In this document: in pieces, positions 1 to 6,947 of the stretch
Position numbering within the stretch: the stretch's first letter is position 1
Layout of the letters: every line of letters starts with the position of its first letter
UHGV virus genome: UHGV-0140595
Length of the DNA: 11,245 nt
Strand: one strand, 5' to 3'
Source: a virus
Program-made: the position numbers and the translations under genes
Notes under the pieces: model-generated
What the model saw: the letters and a program-made list of their open reading frames with translations, nothing else
What the model was told of the DNA's origin: nothing
The model's database searches: none

Positions 1-3000
1 AGGAGACGGGCAGTGCTTTAGTTGCCAACACGGGTGCAGGGACTGATATCGAAGGATACAACAAGCTCTCTCACTTCACTATTACCGGAGGGGAGGCTAA
101 TTATGTTGTGCTGGAAAATACCGGCGAACTGACGGTAGTGGCTAAAACCTCGGCGAAAAATACTACCATTGATACTGGCGGTAAGCTGATTGTCCAGAAG
201 GAGGCTAAAACAGATAGCACCAGACTTAATAATGGCGGCGTTCTGGAGGTTCAGGACGGTGGTGAGGCTAAGCATGTTGAGCAACAATCCGGCGGCGCAT
301 TAATTGCTTCCACGACCTCCGGAACACTTATCGAAGGAACCAACAGTTATGGTGATGCTTTCTACATCAGGAATTCAGAAGCTAAAAATGTAGTGCTGGA
401 AAACGCTGGCTCATTAACAGTCGTCACTGGTTCCCGCGCAGTTGACACGATTATTAATGCCAACGGCAAAATGGATGTTTATGGAAAAGATGTTGGCACT
501 GTACTCAATAGTGCTGGCACCCAAACAATATATGCCAGTGCCACTTCTGATAAAGCAAATATCAAAGGTGGCAAGCAAACGGTATATGGTTTAGCCACTG
601 AAGCAAATATCGAAAGTGGTGAACAAATTGTTGATGGTGGGTCAACAGAGAAAACACACATCAATGGTGGCACGCAAACCGTTCAGAATTATGGTAAGGC
701 AATCAATACCGATATCGTCTCTGGCCTACAACAAATTATGGCAAACGGGACAGCGGAAGGTTCCATTATTAATGGGGGTTCACAGGTAGTTAATGAGGGC
801 GGTCTGGCTGAAAACTCGGTGCTTAATGACGGCGGCACACTCGATGTGCGGGAGAAAGGCAGCGCAACGGGGATACAGCAGAGTAGCCAGGGCGCTTTGG
901 TTGCAACCACCAGGGCGACGCGGGTCACAGGAACACGCGCGGATGGCGTCGCGTTCAGCATCGAGCAGGGTGCGGCGAACAATATCCTGCTGGCAAATGG
1001 CGGCGTGTTAACCGTGGAGTCAGACACCTCTTCTGACAAAACACAGGTCAATATGGGCGGACGGGAGATCGTCAAAACAAAAGCCACTGCGACAGGCACG
1101 ACGCTCACCGGCGGTGAACAAATTGTCGAGGGTGTGGCGAATGAGACAACAATTAACGACGGCGGAATACAAACAGTTTCAGCTAACGGAGAGGCAATAA
1201 AAACAAAGATCAATGAAGGCGGTACGCTGACAGTCAACGATAATGGCAAAGCGACAGATATCGTCCAGAACAGCGGTGCCGCTCTCCAGACGAGCACGGC
1301 TAACGGTATTGAAATCAGCGGTACTCACCAGTACGGTACTTTTTCCATTTCCGGCAATTTAGCGACCAATATGTTGCTGGAAAATGGCGGTAATTTATTG
1401 GTATTAGCAGGTACCGAAGCTCGCGACTCCACGGTTGGCAAGGGTGGGGCAATGCAAAACCTGGGTCAGGACTCCGCCACAAAGGTTAACTCTGGCGGGC
1501 AATATACCCTTGGGCGGTCAAAAGATGAGTTTCAGGCTCTGGCCCGGGCAGAAGATCTCCAGGTCGCTGGCGGTACGGCAATCGTCTACGCAGGTACGCT
1601 GGCGGATGCATCGGTCAGTGGCGCGACAGGAAGCCTGTCGTTAATGACGCCACGGGATAATGTTACGCCAGTTAAACTCGAAGGGGCGGTCCGGATTACC
1701 GATAGCGCGACATTGACTCTGGGAAATGGCGTCGATACCACGCTTGCCGACCTGACGGCTGCCAGCCGGGGCAGTGTCTGGCTTAACAGCAATAATTCCT
1801 GTGCAGGTACCAGCAACTGCGAATATAGAGTAAACAGTTTGCTACTCAACGACGGTGATGTTTATTTGTCAGCACAAACAGCAGCGCCTGCCACAACTAA
1901 CGGTATCTACAATACGCTGACAACCAATGAACTTTCCGGTAGCGGTAATTTCTACCTGCATACCAACGTTGCAGGCTCCCGGGGCGATCAACTGGTCGTC
2001 AACAACAACGCCACTGGTAATTTTAAAATCTTTGTTCAGGATACCGGCGTCAGCCCACAGTCTGACGACGCGATGACGCTGGTGAAAACAGGGGGAGGGG
2101 ATGCTTCGTTTACGCTGGGCAATACCGGCGGTTTCGTTGATCTTGGGACCTATGAGTATGTCCTGAAAAGTGACGGCAACAGCAACTGGAACCTGACCAA
2201 TGATGTCAAACCCAACCCGGACCCCATCCCAAATCCAAAGCCAGACCCAAAACCCGATCCAAAGCCAGACCCAAATCCAAAACCAGACCCTACTCCCGAT
2301 CCAACGCCGACACCCGTTCCGGAGAAACGCATTACGCCTTCTACGGCAGCCGTACTCAATATGGCAGCAACATTACCGTTGGTATTTGATGCTGAGCTAA
2401 ACAGTATTCGCGAGCGGTTGAACATAATGAAAGCGAGTCCACACAACAATAATGTCTGGGGGGCGACGTATAACACCCGTAATAATGTCACCACCGATGC
2501 GGGTGCCGGGTTTGAGCAGACGCTGACCGGAATGACAGTGGGGATCGACAGCCGTAATGATATTCCTGAAGGAATTACCACGCTAGGCGCTTTTATGGGC
2601 TATTCCCATTCACATATCGGTTTTGATCGCGGAGGACATGGCAGTGTGGGCAGTTATTCTCTGGGCGGCTATGCCAGTTGGGAACATGAAAGTGGTTTCT
2701 ATCTGGACGGTGTCGTGAAGCTGAACCGTTTTAAAAGTAACGTAGCAGGTAAAATGAGCAGCGGTGGAGCCGCCAATGGCAGTTACCACAGCAACGGGCT
2801 GGGCGGTCACATTGAAACCGGGATGCGATTTACCGATGGTAACTGGAACCTGACGCCGTATGCATCGTTAACGGGGTTCACCGCTGATAACCCCGAATAT
2901 CATTTATCCAATGGCATGAAATCGAAATCAGTCGATACCCGCAGTATATATCGTGAACTGGGCGCAACGCTGAGTTACAACATGCGTCTGGGGAACGGTA

Positions 3001-3242
3001 TGGAAGTTGAGCCGTGGCTGAAGGCGGCTGTGCGCAAAGAATTTGTCGATGATAACCGGGTGAAAGTGAATAGTGACGGTAATTTCGTCAATTATTTGTC
3101 GGGCAGACGTGGAATATACCAGGCAGGTATTAAAGCCTCATTCAGCAGTACGTTAAGCGGGCATCTTGGGGTGGGGTATAGCCATAGTGCCGGTGTGGAA
3201 TCCCCGTGGAACGCGGTAGCTGGTGTGAACTGGTCGTTCTGA
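1..3242 (+). CDS. AIDA-I/Ag43-type autotransporter adhesin, 5'-truncated at the window edge (repetitive passenger, Pro-rich linker, C-terminal beta-barrel translocator)
   Basis: The reading frame is open from position 3 with no stop, so the GTG at 108 in the ORF track is not the true start. The passenger shows degenerate ~19-20 aa repeats of the form GG.Q.V..G.A...I..GG. A Pro-rich linker PNPDPIPNPKPDPKPDPKPDPNPKPDPTPDPTPTPVP precedes a Gly/Tyr/Ser-rich beta-domain, and the protein ends ...AGVNWSF with the terminal aromatic typical of outer-membrane barrels. Position and orientation relative to the ssrA fragment resemble the ypjA locus of E. coli K-12, but the sequence was not matched. Confidence 0.9.
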   Translation, partial: ETGSALVANTGAGTDIEGYNKLSHFTITGGEANYVVLENTGELTVVAKTSAKNTTIDTGGKLIVQKEAKTDSTRLNNGGVLEVQDGGEAKHVEQQSGGALIASTTSGTLIEGTNSYGDAFYIRNSEAKNVVLENAGSLTVVTGSRAVDTIINANGKMDVYGKDVGTVLNSAGTQTIYASATSDKANIKGGKQTVYGLATEANIESGEQIVDGGSTEKTHINGGTQTVQNYGKAINTDIVSGLQQIMANGTAEGSIINGGSQVVNEGGLAENSVLNDGGTLDVREKGSATGIQQSSQGALVATTRATRVTGTRADGVAFSIEQGAANNILLANGGVLTVESDTSSDKTQVNMGGREIVKTKATATGTTLTGGEQIVEGVANETTINDGGIQTVSANGEAIKTKINEGGTLTVNDNGKATDIVQNSGAALQTSTANGIEISGTHQYGTFSISGNLATNMLLENGGNLLVLAGTEARDSTVGKGGAMQNLGQDSATKVNSGGQYTLGRSKDEFQALARAEDLQVAGGTAIVYAGTLADASVSGATGSLSLMTPRDNVTPVKLEGAVRITDSATLTLGNGVDTTLADLTAASRGSVWLNSNNSCAGTSNCEYRVNSLLLNDGDVYLSAQTAAPATTNGIYNTLTTNELSGSGNFYLHTNVAGSRGDQLVVNNNATGNFKIFVQDTGVSPQSDDAMTLVKTGGGDASFTLGNTGGFVDLGTYEYVLKSDGNSNWNLTNDVKPNPDPIPNPKPDPKPDPKPDPNPKPDPTPDPTPTPVPEKRITPSTAAVLNMAATLPLVFDAELNSIRERLNIMKASPHNNNVWGATYNTRNNVTTDAGAGFEQTLTGMTVGIDSRNDIPEGITTLGAFMGYSHSHIGFDRGGHGSVGSYSLGGYASWEHESGFYLDGVVKLNRFKSNVAGKMSSGGAANGSYHSNGLGGHIETGMRFTDGNWNLTPYASLTGFTADNPEYHLSNGMKSKSVDTRSIYRELGATLSYNMRLGNGMEVEPWLKAAVRKEFVDDNRVKVNSDGNFVNYLSGRRGIYQAGIKASFSSTLSGHLGVGYSHSAGVESPWNAVAGVNWSF
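2208..2322 (+). repeat. Tandem short-period repeat (units like ccagacccaaaNcc) encoding the (P-D/N/T-P-K)n linker of the autotransporter
   Basis: Directly visible reiteration of ccagaccc / ccaaagccagaccc motifs; translated as PDPKPDPKPDPNPKPDPTPDPTP. Confidence 0.6.
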
Positions 3243-3253
3243 CCATCAACGAA

Positions 3254-3275
3254 AAAGCCCACATCTGTGGGCTTT
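3254..3275 (+). terminator. Intrinsic terminator hairpin downstream of the autotransporter gene
   Basis: Perfect inverted repeat aaagcccac-atct-gtgggcttt 12 nt after the stop codon; A-tract on the left and T-tract on the right make it potentially bidirectional. Confidence 0.6.
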
Positions 3276-3402
3276 CATGTTACCAGGAGCCGCGGCTCCT
3301 TTGCGTATCCTTTTATGTCTCCTCACCGTCTGGTCGGTGTTTTGCTGAGACTTCTAACTTCCTGTTTTTGTTGGTGTTGTCCTTACACCGTCCAATCATG
3401 AT

Positions 3403-3446
3403 TGGTGGGCTGGCGGGAGTTGAACCCGCGTCCGAAATTCCTACAT
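3403..3446 (-). other. 44-nt fragment of the 3' end of the tmRNA gene ssrA: prophage attachment-site core (att)
   Basis: The minus strand reads ATGTAGGAATTTCGGACGCGGGTTCAACTCCCGCCAGCCCACCA. From memory this matches the E. coli ssrA 3' terminus (T-arm, acceptor 3' strand, CCA) except for one missing base (CAGC-CCACCA versus CAGCUCCACCA). Similarity to ssrA stops abruptly upstream of ATGTAGG, so it is a partial att copy, not a gene. Confidence 0.8.
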
Positions 3447-3563
3447 ACCATTTTTACACTAACGAAATCATATTTTTTCATTTTAAATCATGATGTTAGT
3501 GTTAATCTGTGTTTGCTTGTTTTACTTGTTTTTAGTGCTCTGCCGCCAAAGTGCCGCCATTTA

Positions 3564-4589
3564 TTAGCGATGCCAGTTGAGGTTATGAAGTGGATTTTTG
3601 GTAACGGCATCTTCCAGATGATCCGGTGCAAAATGGGCATAAATCATGGTCATTTTAATATCAGCGTGCCCTAAAATATCCCTCAATACTAAAATGTTTC
3701 CGCCGTTCATCATAAAGTGGCTGGCGAAAGTGTGGCGCAGAACGTGGGTACATTGACCTTCAGGTAGTTCAATTCCAGCTCGTTTTACCGCACGCTCAAA
3801 AGCCTTTCGGCATGGTGTGAATAACTTTCCTCTGTTTTTGGGTAATTCTTCATACAGTTCCTGAGAAATAGGAACAGTTCGGTTTTTCTTTCCTTTTGTT
3901 TTGGTATAGGTAATTCGATACTTTGATATCTGGTTACCTTGCAGGTTTTCGGCTTCGCTCCATCTTGCCCCGGTTGCCAGACAAATCTTGGCAATCATTA
4001 GCAGACTGGGACTTTGAGATTCAGCACAAGCGTCAAGCAGGCGTTTGATTTCATCAGCAGCAAGGAACGCCAGTTCACCCTCTGCAATTTTGAAAGTTGG
4101 CAGACCGGCGAGAGGGTTGGGTGCAGACCAATGTCCCAGCTTTTTCAGTGTGCCAAAAACTGAGGATAGGTTACGTTGTTCAAGGTTCACCGTTCTGGGC
4201 TTAACTGGTGACATGAGCACACCATCTTCGTTTTTGACCTCACCTTTTAATCTGGCTTCCCGGTATTTTGTGAAATCACCTGCTGTCAATTCAGAAGCGA
4301 TGGGATCGCCAAGCCCATTACAAATGATTTTTAACTTAGCCATTAATCGCTTAGGGTCAGCGAGTGTCTGACCGTACAGGGAATACCATTGCTCAATCAC
4401 TTCTGACAGTTGTCGCCGATCTTCCTTTTCTCCCAGCCAAGGTTTCTTGTTTACCTCGTCCATGGTGAAATTCTCAAACGCAATGGCTTCGCCTTTCGTC
4501 GCAAATTGTTTGCGTACGCGTTTGCCATCTCGCCCGTTTGGGTAGCATTCACATAACCACTTTCCGTTCGGCTGTTTTCTGATGGTCAT
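3564..4589 (-). CDS. int: Phage integrase, tyrosine recombinase of the P2 Int family
   Basis: 341 aa. Blocks CLATGARWSEA, HVLRHTFASHFMMNGGNI and GHADIKMTMIYAHFAP carry the R...HxxR...Y catalytic signature and closely resemble P2 Int as I recall it. Start codon lies 1 nt after the repressor stop (TGA-N1-ATG). Adjacent to att. Confidence 0.95.
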   Translation of the reverse strand: MTIRKQPNGKWLCECYPNGRDGKRVRKQFATKGEAIAFENFTMDEVNKKPWLGEKEDRRQLSEVIEQWYSLYGQTLADPKRLMAKLKIICNGLGDPIASELTAGDFTKYREARLKGEVKNEDGVLMSPVKPRTVNLEQRNLSSVFGTLKKLGHWSAPNPLAGLPTFKIAEGELAFLAADEIKRLLDACAESQSPSLLMIAKICLATGARWSEAENLQGNQISKYRITYTKTKGKKNRTVPISQELYEELPKNRGKLFTPCRKAFERAVKRAGIELPEGQCTHVLRHTFASHFMMNGGNILVLRDILGHADIKMTMIYAHFAPDHLEDAVTKNPLHNLNWHR

Positions 4590-4590
4590 A

Positions 4591-5223
4591 TCAAAGGCTC
4601 TTAATGATTTTCAGTGCGCGGCCTATTACCTTAATGTCATCCAGTTCGCACTTAAACGATGAATCATCCTGATGCACTACTAATCTGTTTCCCGGGAGTC
4701 GTGTCAATTTTACAATGCTTTTTATCCCGTCGATGTCCACTAACCACGTACCATTTACTGGTGGTGTTTGGTTGCGATCTATTAAATAAGAATCACCAGA
4801 AGTAGTCACCAGCAGCAGGTTGCTTGAGTCTGAGGGGAGTATGCTGCTATCAATGATTGCTTTTCCAGCATCGACCAATAAACCACCGTTGAGAGTTGCC
4901 TTTTCAATTTCAGGAGATACAAGCTCAGAAAGAGGTTTAACCTTGCTGGGGTTCACGGAATTGATATTTTTTTTAGGGTCAATGTTTGAACCTGGCTCGC
5001 CCTGTCCGGTGGTTAGCCATAGTAAAGAAACTCCTGTTTCCAAGGCGCACTGAATCACCCATTCTGCGGGAAAGCTATCTCTTAAGTATCTGTTTGCCAT
5101 AGTGCTTTTTGATGCACCTAAGTGATCGCAAAGTTGCTGTCTGGACTTGAAATCATAGGCTGCCATTAGTCTATGGATAGCCTCTCTTCCCCCTGTATTC
5201 TCGCCAGCTTTTACCTGTATCAT
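4591..5223 (-). CDS. cI: CI-type immunity repressor (186 CI-like; N-terminal HTH, C-terminal oligomerisation-type domain)
   Basis: 210 aa. Helix-turn-helix-like segment QQLCDHLGASKSTMANRYLR near the N-terminus. Divergent from the apl-like gene and co-oriented with, and abutting, int, as in the 186 cI-int operon. No clear LexA/lambda-type Ala-Gly cleavage site or GxSM serine motif seen. Confidence 0.8.
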   Translation of the reverse strand: MIQVKAGENTGGREAIHRLMAAYDFKSRQQLCDHLGASKSTMANRYLRDSFPAEWVIQCALETGVSLLWLTTGQGEPGSNIDPKKNINSVNPSKVKPLSELVSPEIEKATLNGGLLVDAGKAIIDSSILPSDSSNLLLVTTSGDSYLIDRNQTPPVNGTWLVDIDGIKSIVKLTRLPGNRLVVHQDDSSFKCELDDIKVIGRALKIIKSL

Positions 5224-5235
5224 TTCTTAATCCTA

Positions 5236-5264
5236 TTGACGTATCAAATATTGGATCGTAGTAT
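5236..5264 (+). promoter_or_regulatory. Candidate rightward lytic promoter (pR-like): -35 TTGACG, 17-bp spacer, -10 TAGTAT
   Basis: TTGACG at 5236-5241 and TAGTAT at 5259-5264, oriented toward the apl-like gene; overlapped by operator-like repeats. Confidence 0.5.
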
Positions 5265-5287
5265 CTCGATGTATCAAATATTGAATC
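5241..5287. promoter_or_regulatory. Two 17-bp direct repeats (gtatcaaatattgRatc) spaced 30 bp apart, each with an internal TCAA-N3-TTGA dyad; candidate operators
   Basis: 5241-5257 gtatcaaatattggatc and 5271-5287 gtatcaaatattgaatc differ at one position. They flank the pR -10, and the second contains the perfect dyad tcaa-ata-ttga. Confidence 0.5.
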
Positions 5288-5332
5288 TAATAAAACAAGA
5301 TAAAACTACATAAACCAAACCTTAATCGAGAG

Positions 5333-5361
5333 ATACTGCACTATGAGCAACGACATTTCAA
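5333..5361 (-). promoter_or_regulatory. Candidate leftward lysogenic promoter (pL-like) convergent with pR: -35 TTGAAA, 17-bp spacer, -10 CAGTAT on the minus strand
   Basis: Minus-strand TTGAAA (plus 5356-5361) and CAGTAT (plus 5333-5338). Predicted start sites of the two promoters are about 55-60 bp apart and face each other, as described for 186 pR/pL. Confidence 0.4.
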
Positions 5362-5591
5362 TTCGTGTACCAAAAGTGATGGCGACACCTGCAGAGTTCG
5401 CGGAATGGGAAGGCCGCTCTCGCGGTTCGGTATATCAAATGATTCATAATGGTAAACTCGCTAAGTTTTTGGAAAGAAAGGAAAAACCGAAAGACAGAGT
5501 ATGTATACGTTACCTTGAGTACAAAAAGGAACAAGTCAGGAAAAACATGGGCCAATCCAATTTCAACTTTAATGTCATCGTTGGTGACTAA
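5343..5591 (+). CDS. apl: Apl/Cox-like excisionase and switch regulator (small HTH DNA-binding protein)
   Basis: 82 aa, first gene of the rightward operon, divergent from cI. Size and position match 186 Apl / P2 Cox. Basic protein with a putative HTH around TPAEFAEWEGRSRGSVYQMIHNG. Confidence 0.7.
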   Translation: MSNDISIRVPKVMATPAEFAEWEGRSRGSVYQMIHNGKLAKFLERKEKPKDRVCIRYLEYKKEQVRKNMGQSNFNFNVIVGD

Positions 5592-5623
5592 GTTCAATTA
5601 TGAGAACTTTCTAAGGTGGCAGC

Positions 5624-6133
5624 ATGTTTGATTACAAAATTTCCAAACATCCGCATTTTGATGAAGCCTGTAGAACTTTTGCACTACGTCACAATATGGC
5701 GAAGCTGGCAGAACGTGCAGGAATGAATGTTCAGACACTGAGAAACAAACTCAACCCAGATCAACCGCATCAGCTCACCGCACCAGAAATCTGGCTGCTT
5801 ACCGATCTGACTGAAGATTCAACGCTGGTAGATGGTTTTCTGGCTCAGATTCACTGCCTGCCATGCGTACCGATTAATGAGGTGGCAAAAGAGAAACTGC
5901 CACATTACGTCATGAGTGCAACCGCAGAGATCGGGCGTGTTGCTGCAGGTGCGGTATCTGGCGATGTAAAAACCAGTGCAGGTCGTCGTGATGCTATCAG
6001 CAGCATTAACTCTGTAACACGACTGATGGCGTTGGCTGCTGTTTCATTGCAGGCCCGTTTACAGGCTAACCCTGCGATGGCGAGTGCAGTTGATACCGTG
6101 ACTGGCCTCGGTGCTTCATTCGGTTTGCTGTGA
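5624..6133 (+). CDS. cII: Phage regulatory protein CII (186 CII / CP76 family), lysogeny-establishment activator
   Basis: 169 aa, the same length as 186 CII. Preceded by RBS AAGGTGG; sits directly after the apl-like gene. The N-terminal region MFDYKISKHPHFDEACR...MAKLAERAGMNVQTLRNKLNP is consistent with this family as I remember it. Confidence 0.8.
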   Translation: MFDYKISKHPHFDEACRTFALRHNMAKLAERAGMNVQTLRNKLNPDQPHQLTAPEIWLLTDLTEDSTLVDGFLAQIHCLPCVPINEVAKEKLPHYVMSATAEIGRVAAGAVSGDVKTSAGRRDAISSINSVTRLMALAAVSLQARLQANPAMASAVDTVTGLGASFGLL

Positions 6134-6140
6134 GGTGCTT

Positions 6141-6341
6141 ATGCTGACGAAAGAACCATCATTTGCATCGCTGCTGGTAAAGCAAAGCCCGGCAATGCAC
6201 TACGGTCACGGCTGGATCATGGGTGAGGATGGAAAACGCTGGCATCCGTGCCGTTCACAAGATGAATTGCTGGCAGAACTATCTACGAAGAAACGGGGGA
6301 ACAAATGGCTATTGAAGGCGCTGAGGCGACTGTTCCATTAA
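6141..6341 (+). CDS. Hypothetical small early protein (position analogous to 186 fil)
   Basis: 66 aa from the first ATG, with GAGGTG upstream overlapping the cII stop. Basic C-terminus. No recognisable motif. Confidence 0.45.
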   Translation: MLTKEPSFASLLVKQSPAMHYGHGWIMGEDGKRWHPCRSQDELLAELSTKKRGNKWLLKALRRLFH

Positions 6342-6646
6342 GCCCCGGTGAACGCCTGAATGGACTTAATCACATTGCGGAGTTAAGGGCGAAAGTTTTT
6401 GGTCTGAATATTGAGTCAGAGCTTGAACGGTTTATTAAAGATATGCGTGATCCACGGGATATTAATAGCGAACAAAATAAACGGGCACTGGCTGCCATAT
6501 TCTTTATGGCAAAAATTCCAGCTGAACGTCATAGCATCAGCATTAATGAGCTGACCACTGACGAAAAGCGGGAGTTGATTAAAGCAATGAATCATTTTCG
6601 TGCAGTGGTGAGCTTATTTCCCAGACGGCTAACCATGCCGAATTAA
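6305..6646 (+). CDS. Hypothetical early protein (position analogous to 186 dhr / P2 orf78-orf81)
   Basis: 113 aa; RBS GGGGGA 4 nt upstream of the ATG; overlaps the preceding ORF by 37 nt in another frame. Confidence 0.55.
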   Translation: MAIEGAEATVPLSPGERLNGLNHIAELRAKVFGLNIESELERFIKDMRDPRDINSEQNKRALAAIFFMAKIPAERHSISINELTTDEKRELIKAMNHFRAVVSLFPRRLTMPN

Positions 6647-6713
6647 CCAACTAATGAAATTAATGGCGTAAACCCGCCAGGCATCCCTTTATCTAAATTC
6701 AGGAGAATTGATT

Positions 6714-6947
6714 ATGCGTAATATTGAAACCCTCACGACCAAAACCGGACCGGATGACGCAGGGCTTAATATTTTACTGACAGAGGCTCGTCTGGAAGAA
6801 CGCCGGGCAAGGGCTGAAGCAATGGCAGCTCGCCTTGATAGCCTGGCGTGTCATATCACATCCCGCCAGCTAAACCACGTCGAAGCGGCAGAACTGCTTC
6901 GTGTGACTGCTGAAGCAATCCAGAACGAAGCGCAGGAGATCCACTAA
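6714..6947 (+). CDS. Hypothetical early protein, predicted alpha-helical
   Basis: 77 aa from the ATG at 6714, with RBS AGGAGA 7 nt upstream (the track's TTG start at 6708 is less likely). Its stop overlaps the traR-like start (TAATG). Confidence 0.6.
   Translation: MRNIETLTTKTGPDDAGLNILLTEARLEERRARAEAMAARLDSLACHITSRQLNHVEAAELLRVTAEAIQNEAQEIH

Noticed and set aside
689-1297. 202-aa minus-strand ORF inside the autotransporter gene (also 18-287, 479-673, 1586-1849, 2150-2581, 2610-2810 minus, and 793-1011, 1435-1644, 2200-2400 plus)
   Set aside because: These lie antisense to, or out of frame within, a strongly supported repetitive coding region. Their translations are low-complexity mirrors of the Gly/Thr/Pro-rich gene, with no ribosome-binding sites.
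108-3242. ORF-track GTG start at 108 for the autotransporter
   Set aside because: The same frame is open with no stop from position 3 and the upstream translation continues the repeat pattern, so the gene starts upstream of the window.
3403-3446. Possible intact tmRNA or tRNA gene
   Set aside because: Only the last ~44 nt (T-arm, acceptor 3' strand, CCA) are present; similarity ends abruptly upstream, so it is an att duplicate and not a gene.
3206-3674. Plus-strand ORFs 3206-3493 and 3402-3674 across the terminator/att region
   Set aside because: They run through the terminator hairpin and the ssrA-derived att core and overlap the 3' end of int on the opposite strand; chance ORFs in non-coding DNA.
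4045-4371. 108-aa plus-strand ORF inside int (also 3785-3994 minus, and 4820-5053 plus inside cI)
   Set aside because: Antisense or out-of-frame overlaps with CDSs that have clear family signatures; no independent support.
5358-5631. ORFs 5358-5597 (minus) and 5449-5631 (plus) overlapping the apl-like gene
   Set aside because: Alternative frames of a gene with good operon context; no start signals.
6111-6341. GTG start at 6111 for the first small early ORF
   Set aside because: It would overlap the 3' end of cII by 23 nt. The ATG at 6141 has GAGGTG immediately upstream, so the shorter model is preferred, at low confidence.
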